This document shows, one piece after another, positions 20,101-20,521 of a stretch of DNA of 20,521 nt (position 1 is the stretch's first letter; every line of letters starts with the position of its first letter). The notes under the pieces are model-generated. The model ran no database searches. It was given only the letters and a program-made list of their open reading frames with translations, and was not told where the DNA came from. Made by a program: the position numbers and the translations under genes. This stretch comes from Candidatus Altiarchaeales archaeon IMC4 (lineage in GTDB: Archaea > Altiarchaeota > Altiarchaeia > IMC4): contig MCBF01000001.1 of NCBI GenBank assembly GCA_001742785.1, forward strand, positions 64,482-85,002, in the 5' to 3' direction.

Positions 20101-20521
20101 CAGCTGTCACCGCTATAACCTACGACGAGGTCAGTCCATGTTCCACTTTTAGATGTTCCAGTACCTCCGTCATCTATAATTGTCGCGCTTGCCGGCGGCA
20201 CCGCATTAACCACCCCCCATTCAAAGTCCGTAATATTGCAGTTCTTTATCGTTACGTTGCTTGCGTCGCTGGTTATGTTCACTGCGGCCCCTGAGGAGTT
20301 TCCGTCTATGTTGTAGCCCGCGCAGTCGAGGGTTTTGTTTGCTGCGGCGGCCGGGACGCTGATGCAGGTTCCCTCGGATGAGACGGCGTTGTCCAGATAG
20401 ATGCTCGCGCACTCGCTGGAGTTGAACTTATTGGTGCAGTCCTGGCAGTAGCTGCAGAAGCATGTCCCTGCGGTGCACGGGTGAGAGCATCCTGTCGTTC
20501 CTGTGTCGTTCCAGTTGTATG
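2187..20521 (-). CDS. Giant intein-containing cell-surface/extracellular glycoprotein (at least 6110 aa precursor, 5'-partial): beta-helix, many Ig-like modules, FN3, GWNL-type C-terminal repeats
   Basis: 6031-aa ORF in the track. I translated 20519..20283 and it is open in the same frame (YNWNDTGTTGCSHPCTAGTCFCSYCQDCTNKFN...TLDCAGYNIDG), so GTG 20282 is internal. Very dense N-x-S/T sequons; repeated DTTxP...YANDTSGN Ig-like units; NosD/CASH-like beta-helix (about 19400-20460); FN3 (LSWNA...YQVHRS...YYYKVLAQDAGN, about 3980-4250); GWNLISLP/GWSVFSLP/GWNMVG repeats near the C-terminus. Confidence 0.95.
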   Translation of the reverse strand, partial: YNWNDTGTTGCSHPCTAGTCFCSYCQDCTNKFNSSECASIYLDNAVSSEGTCISVPAAAANKTLDCAGYNIDGNSSGAAVNITSDASNVTIKNCNITDFEWGVVNAVPPASATIIDDGGTGTSKSGTWTDLVVGYSGDSWQSGSASATYTWTFTSSGSYDVWVHYVVFDDAYTSTKYVVTHGGHLACPSISNPIVSCTSGTSSTEIRVNQRYKADGTLGNSEDLSGWVKIGTYTSPTKVVLSAVVGSPYSVADAIKYSIVSYSVSSLNITNNTISNCSYGIDLNGVTGSAVSGNTIRLAQNYSIYSSGATGNNFTNNNLTNSTYGAYFTADSTGNTLTNNTACANTNTDIYDLDSNTGINNTCNSWYNFADSGQPFGCMYACPGTWFSVAANSPADYNFANTSTPQFNYTVSGSIANYTCHLLINGTGYNTSVAQNGIAKVVTANNSIAPDGVYQWQVNCTYDSMTNSSAARTITIDTTHPALNFTLAPANNSYLTRNWTEINISINETNLDTFVFNWNGSTNATCNITACDNGNITGTAPNRWFFINKTDLADGTYTYYGQANDSAGNQNWTYGEGNLYNSTQPRYLKIDTTNPAVSITYPANGQYFNTKTITINGTTIDTNLNYTNVSIFEKFGCYDNETQVLTDGGWKYFRELSGGEKVLTLNSENGETEFNKPTEYQTYDYDGQMYKIRMEDPKTGRLDKHLPKQMVSRGLPIHVGDLLVSPEHKVYAGINPSLFSSSFVLNTSTLSCCLNSSSSDQIGELSANANAKYGSSFVTCLPCGEILLASGKNLSYTFSGNDSIFRSSKVNKNANTRLLTLPDFFIFSLLSASSSKTNSGEISLHPKFGNFSMTFLLAESFLKNENNTQASTIRSLGSCSDIFGYNQCLAATLSLSSEPHFSAISSVISEFFSKSSANLNINLSDSRSLIALEKTEFTSALSSSSNPGSSSLGILTTNSIFSNNISSTYKNTFSLQKVADLPTDQPIYFLDQHLNHVKVQSIEKTPYTGKIYDVTVPNHILLVKRNGTPVWSGNSFALVNSTLNYSQNWSWTVNITHGDGMYYINATAYDNATNSNTTSINVTIDTTYPSLNFTNQTPANNSYLTRNWTAVNISITELNLDTFKFYWNGTLDANCNSTTCNSGTIAGTAPNYQFFINKTDLADGTYTYYGRANDSAGNQNWTYGEGNLYNSTQPRYLTIDTTPPGGVMGLNATLMNYTWIWWNWTNPSNGDFNHTEIWIDGNWTENQTGSPGAMGFYNLTGLEPGTGHTIGTRTVDNLGNVNRTWVNNTANTTADIIIPVINSLDVNSTWLNTNITIIANVTDDYRVAAVRANISAPDSTSEIINLANQSPNIYRATYNLTKLGAYTITLYANDTSGNNATEWLLVRHSLALPAKTDKTDYYLGQSVSFYVNVTDGSWFENADNISACIVNGTAQDCSGAVYNITLTNTSTGVYTGAWQTNSSYSRGNYSAFVSAWKNGLEKTNASRFTLWSRIRINMSQPEEGDYDRGIIPVRCNVTTFYDEATAGYPVMFWVNGTNEYNATTNASGVASYLWNASNVTAGQYMLNCTIETNASGFYNATINNDYAAVNMYATITAQFNITPSSGNLSRAPGCEDIGVPYLISWNVTDIRDENNNPIDVSVNVTWMGGYISNATSGTYDIGDSDTDTAGDIFRISLTKGYYHGLTNTSPDYAIKIPINKTVVGWNEGTGTSVRWTPDKNVSVGADIEYVINNYNDGPDGGPTITIDLKVRDNLLVQLGSSNFSKNTANMDVSQVPAGTLNTAYTNVTGLGGYCGFLGLNRTYRVIGKYDHVENVTWSPNATYCTDEKTCFGNITRYPPNGPNVTLVGIVLKDNLNDTIPLSNTSNITFGNWSASGFTPGQNMTSGINFTLLRDIGNNYSYWNKDDVYMLYPTNIKVTYTVYGMLNVTSLSTSSSTVYQNACNAPTSVLLNATTLDDHGAGISGANVTFYEYNGTAWNNIGSNTTVNGNAQFSYTPSGHSVGNFTIKANVTKPYYNQGSEANMTVLIKSCLKVDITLPLNATTFGRGDNVNVTANITGPAAAVDNATVNCTFAQKTNSSNVKIVNMSYNAATKLWGGNYTFLSNDAIDDWVIKVNASKDYYDSAQDNITVILYTKLNLTLNVSPTTIYRNNNSGVNVTRFTANVTDEEGNSPTGLTVNFYENGTYIGSNTTSSGIATFGYNPAETHTPENFTILANVTGTNYQPAADTKWLAIRGVLNVSMDTNTTRFYRKDTYQMNSTIMDENNNPVTPSFTWYLNTTLLNQSEDWAWTVPQDQTVGPYTLMVNVSKDWYDPDNATSNIDVWGRLNSSTVSPSQDQNFNRTDIIRVKANLTNEIEVVNAATVNSTIVNTANQTDYRNVTMAYNATSELWEGSYTTKANDSIGVWTVNVTASKAYYNPTTSLTNITINRVVNLSLNVSPSTIYRNNNSGANTTLLAANVTDEAGGVSGLTVTFYENETAIGSNTTSSGIATFGYNPAEDHTPGNFTIKANVTGSYTSAASDTKWLAIMGVLNLTMDTAETMFYRKDTYQMNSTIMDENNNPVTPSFTWYLNSTLLNQSEDWAWTVPQDQTVGPYTLMVNASKDWYDPSNKTSAVEVWGRLNVSIVSPTGSAQVIKGQVVNITANVTDENGTISALNYINCTFEAASVSYPGLAFNSSTKLWKGTRNTTTDTEGEVRITVNVSKTYYDNATSSVNITLVRELFLSLGMSTDHIYRVSGIGAENVTFTANVTDIEGQAEDGLTVSFYENVSGSYSILGSNTTSSGIATLYYNPADDHEIGNFTILANVTADYSTLANDTKRLVIDDIYFGVITQDQSVARTSNITIKANVTANVTKEPLDNINCQWSVDGQQIFNSTTSNGICNYTWPNGTQCSYLLGGHNISVYVSDTSYTNDNNAILTLNDSLVVSITYPTADLKVYRGSAINLNATVNDSCGYPSNNYTNMWWNETGYDIANGTNAIWAIPPAYARGPETITANASGQYYEMGRKNVTIKVFGYANVSEITPANATYYTGQAFVLSCKVIDEFSQGIPGYNVRLYVNGPELGGGRSPAQTNGTGYATFAINVSTADNIYPGLNNLTCNITEDNTSLYYTPQISSQQANITDIDTIRIVNLTLNPTIVYRHDSLYPYLINISGKVRYAEYGDVPLAAVHVFDDLGETTALTDSNGSFTMQYNTGLLPGNHTLLINATKAAGIYSNKPSETYARNITVLGALSPNITSPANGSVLHRGDKNIGLNSTIYDADNNLINGSNVAWYTTQEVIGSEENLLWNVSDSYPLGIETLSLNASKDYYDSGSDNISMEIWGWSNITLTSPTALNWSYGETINITCIIRDVNTGGLLNYTVYFYDGGTLLNVTNSTAGTATYMWTPKDWNTSDIGLHDIVCNITDDPAQYYNKSQANEGNVTVNISDTTKPNITYADVYPVGAIASDEIVFSADVTDNILDGVDRVWVTIIQPNTTAIDFQLNRTSGNHYNNSDTFAANGTYIVTFYANDTSGLVANKSGYNFTITSKTTVGAMIIPVSSNATDVKYAYGQNITVDMVCNNLLVRAFAVNITNITLPSGWGTNFTKTACGTLESLKNCTTSARITIPANGMPGTYAVTSACEWTNPDDTYDSSAGYGNVTVFQNPVLDIIEDSIAVTIAPNSSNTVSFNINSTGNYKLDGIAIECLNGTVCENFSVTFTPSSVVELPQGLTQAIAVNVSVPLGYLQGAYNGTIFANATASNCTSSRCTDTVEINVTITEMKTWSRTPDLLAMKNVVDNETGTLGDINITNTANVNLNFTVSSSGNISPMLVFSNITVPRMESKNLSINYSIPLTQTPGIYNGVIIIDAENGSAPSQLNVSVSINVTDATVPTISNFTITTPSTPNVVDVNYENLTISVNVTDNIGVDRVYANITDGVSSYIQMGNASADTWQLSHTANVSGVYHVVIAANDTSGNTAYSDMLNFTAIGNTTGEIIAPGIEVNGTVFDETNSFNMSVTFNNTGLGGAYGTNITLGLPSVFSGNTTRQCGKVEETGSCGNTFNITVAAATYGVYYINSTAAWMNPDNTQGVATQTTLINVTANPVLSILETNISRAVQNGTEENIGRITLHSLGNYKLENITLKCSSGAVCENFTVTFGSANFDMEPNATSEVSINVSVPGATPVHQTYNGTILVNATGSGSDASWGEIPVYIYVYFAGGILSVSNTSITATNVTEYTPYQFDLTLNVTNTGSETAENVTLTLSNLQTGFYANTTSQGCGNLSANESCARSFAVNVTADAPPNTYIIEERALWLNPNEVLAVYATNTTSVTVEPNARIDIPETNLSATIKHGETKEVGEFTLKSIGNKFVADLVYTNTGGDIPSAWITYNDTRDTIPRATSRKISVNVSVPSNTTYGNYSTTLLINSSNGGYDTLELNVSVPMNTSWMRTPENLSRETPAGTSGNFTVYLNNSGNVDINMNVTAAGNASIQLIYSPSFPTVKFVQRAGITEFIIKYFVPADQPLGMYVANITFFANSTFDPEQASTMVYMNVTDPPPNITDAYVKPIADVNETVTISANVTDNYLVGSVWANVNGTIRNMSKNDSTYSAAYKPERAGFYNITIYANDTKGGISTAVLNFTAVGNTTLNMTVNVSATVQGITQREGQNLTMNVTLANTGLATAINANVTLSLNWSATPSQMGYGNISNGTSITNSSVISVPNATAPGLYTINITAGWRNPDGTIGAEMTNVTINVTENPVLEVPSSKTFAVAQNTTNTTPFTINSTGNVQVGNITIGCMNCTAFNITIAPSSIASLGAGNSTDINITATAPQGYAPGMYNMTANFTSSAGEANMTLYLIVPSDWAWVRTPESMTLDAAAVGTNGSTSINITNIGNIAIEFNVSLGGNTTAFSAPQTILVAPLSTASLVVNYSAIGAGTHTVYVTMANGSANPPSRNTSITLPAVFLSINVTAPTEASPATNVLAGGILEINATLLRVVDNATEITGNVTWHATVGGANCTNLSAAYSSGWRINCTLPPLNTTNNSLVVNASYSGFNASALEQNAVIYRDVDPPYVTYKYVQNVAFPGRAIIQYNVSDNVGVALLVVNVSGTVYNTTNDSILLNLTLSEGDYKITLNMTDTSGNSNTTTDYLEVYQERGFWGNITDANGAPVNATFMFYKPINSELAKNITTLNGTYNTTLHARTYDLEITAFNTTLSLNEADLSAANDPIDLDNLPLTGIPFKNPVQGIAMSTTFNESGSIVMHYSQQYLDSHGYVEANLRIYQCANWTYLNRTCSGWEEAPSAIDFDANNITANVAGFSTSAYVLVEEEDSWAWGVTPVIISKAVTVGTNGSLGSFLIQNNGNKKLNFSILVTGNNSAYFNVSDSYAVVNRGDTRVMNVTYLSTPSPGLYMETASIAIVPLNVPPLEIEPARNKSVLLTINVLNLQQVTGLKATNNVRSIGLSWNANTDTTIAYQVHRSTAIDFTPANATLLNTVYGINTTGYNDTSARTGITYYYKVLAQDAGNNTSPESSQVHETLYCNYTLKKGWNLISLPLNVTGATAEDLIINIGSAKETVSWDDAAQSYTSHVGGIVANDFPLENGRGYWVNLKNDTIWSFTGYSYLTNVTLNLSPIWNLVSWINETGKTAQEICSSVNATSILYYNASRGYYKVYYCPGMAGDNFMLNNRNGYWIEMPASGQWKASMSKMNLISAVVGSGLPPVQNIRGSVFKSDGQTPQPWADITVTDLNNSGCAYITNTSILGVYAFAVNEMGCANTTDTLMISATYNNITGNTTLVINGSEWQVADSIVLNITPGVDLILDSPANGATDLDGNVTFAYRVNSAYGCWFYMNDTYAANISASDGSNNFTRQLDDGNYTWNLECYWPYGPNYSVTSDTRTLAVDRNITLPAPVNVSIIRGIGVMTWQPPMVSQDLMYIVYVSNTTSGFDTLATTAENSINLSGMKKYYQVKTYFNGKEDNNTDIFGTDAINLTAGWSVFSLPFDEPYNASGILEAADCKILSKYEGGIISHIRGSPAFDFPLEIGRGYYIFCQNQSKLSFGGRYRPSINVSLSQGWNMVGSVPTNISGSAELCSKTGCIAVSKYDAGFQMSNFSLSTGGAYFVYTGASGVVELG
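12600..14110 (-). repeat. Intragenic tandem duplication with an 882-bp (294-aa) period
   Basis: 12700-12898 is nearly identical to 13582-13780 (FYRKDTYQMNSTIMDENNNPVTPSFTWYLN...). 13033-13079 matches 13915-13961 (GSNTTSSGIATFGYNPA). More diverged partial copies lie at about 12070-12400 and 14480-14720. Confidence 0.9.
16918..17270 (-). repeat. Direct repeat copy 2 of an Ig-like module flanking the intein-bearing domain
   Basis: 16921-17061 vs 18748-18888: 141 nt with 3 mismatches by eye. 17194-17222 is identical to 19021-19049. Offset 1827 bp. Confidence 0.92.
17595..17640 (+). promoter_or_regulatory. Archaeal promoter with overlapping operator-like palindrome for the TA operon
   Basis: Purine-rich GAGGGAGAAC, then TTTTTATA (17608-17615), ending 25 nt before ATG 17641. 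The perfect inverted repeat ACGTAT-TTTT-ATACGT (17603-17618) spans the TATA box. Confidence 0.7.
17641..17862 (+). CDS. Putative antitoxin, ribbon-helix-helix-like (VapB-type), 73 aa
   Basis: MELVVNIPKELEPGFEELDKAEVNSVFSNAMRERLSERLMFKLADDLLKNSEITDEMALKWGSELKERVAARH. An N-terminal beta-strand plus helices, small and charged, 12 nt upstream of a PIN gene. ATG 17641 fits the promoter better than the track's 17560 start. Confidence 0.8.
   Translation: MELVVNIPKELEPGFEELDKAEVNSVFSNAMRERLSERLMFKLADDLLKNSEITDEMALKWGSELKERVAARH
17875..18330 (+). CDS. vapC: PIN-domain ribonuclease toxin (VapC-like; resembles archaeal PIN_2/COG5378-type), 151 aa
   Basis: Correctly spaced PIN motifs: LIVDACVLFS (D), SPEFVFEEL (E), KDDPYFALALALNSPIWSDE (D, then S-D-E), and C-terminal VEVFNTNELL. 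Confidence 0.9.
   Translation: MSEQLPKLLIVDACVLFSFFKKDSARRKVIEKLPNFGCRLISPEFVFEELADSREKIKKSGKVNNLVFAFLFTLLERKIESFPENVYERFLPEANSISPHGKHVTKDDPYFALALALNSPIWSDEEEFKQQDRVEVFNTNELLKRLGLIPA
18356..18407 (+). repeat. Two abutting hairpins just 3' of the toxin gene, lying in frame within the intein N-domain
   Basis: GGTCTCCC-AC-GTGGATT-GGT-AATCCAC-GGGACACC (18356-18390) and CATTTGC-TTCG-GCAAATG (18390-18407, C(UUCG)G loop on the + strand). Confidence 0.8.
18745..19095 (-). repeat. Direct repeat copy 1 of the Ig-like module flanking the intein-bearing domain
   Basis: Encodes PANNSYLTRNWT...FFINKTDLADGTYTYYG(Q/R)ANDSAGNQNWTYGEGNLYNSTQPRYL, shared with 16918..17270. Confidence 0.92.
19740..20183 (-). 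other. AT-rich golvesin/xanthan-lyase CBD-like beta-sandwich module inserted in the beta-helix
   Basis: IIDD..GT...GTW...GYSGD...ATYTWTF...GSYDVWVHY...YVVTH...VNQR...GWVKIGTY...VVLS...VADAIKY pattern. Abrupt switch to A/T-ending codons relative to the flanks. Confidence 0.65.

Noticed and set aside
20280..20282. GTG 20282 as the start of the giant protein
   Set aside because: The frame is open to the window edge with continuous domain sequence, and no signal peptide follows this codon.
18393..20412. Overlapping ORFs 18393..18989, 18658..19425, 19215..19604 and others
   Set aside because: Shadow frames. 18393..18989 merely repeats the antisense reading of the duplicated module also seen in 16215..17168.

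Overview
Archaeal-type locus (TATA/BRE-like promoters, GGTGA-type RBS, archaeal PIN/RHH genes; a DPANN/Altiarchaeota-like origin is inference only). It is dominated by one giant minus-strand gene (2187..>20521, at least 6110 aa, start outside the window) for a sequon-rich, Ig-like/beta-helix/FN3 surface protein. The standout feature is a 398-aa intein (17418..18611, C1...SPEH...SGN/S+1) inside an Ig-like domain of this protein. Where a homing endonuclease would normally sit, the opposite strand carries a complete type II toxin-antitoxin operon: a promoter with operator palindrome, an RHH-like antitoxin (17641..17862) and a PIN/VapC toxin (17875..18330). The host frame stays open throughout. 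The intein also contains an in-frame hairpin element related to a ten-hairpin intergenic array (1020..1297), and it lies between two near-identical direct repeats 1827 bp apart. Downstream on the minus strand are an acylphosphatase-like/coiled-coil gene, two copies of a TATA-G10 promoter each followed by a truncated secreted-protein N-terminus, and the 5' part of a secreted LamG protein.
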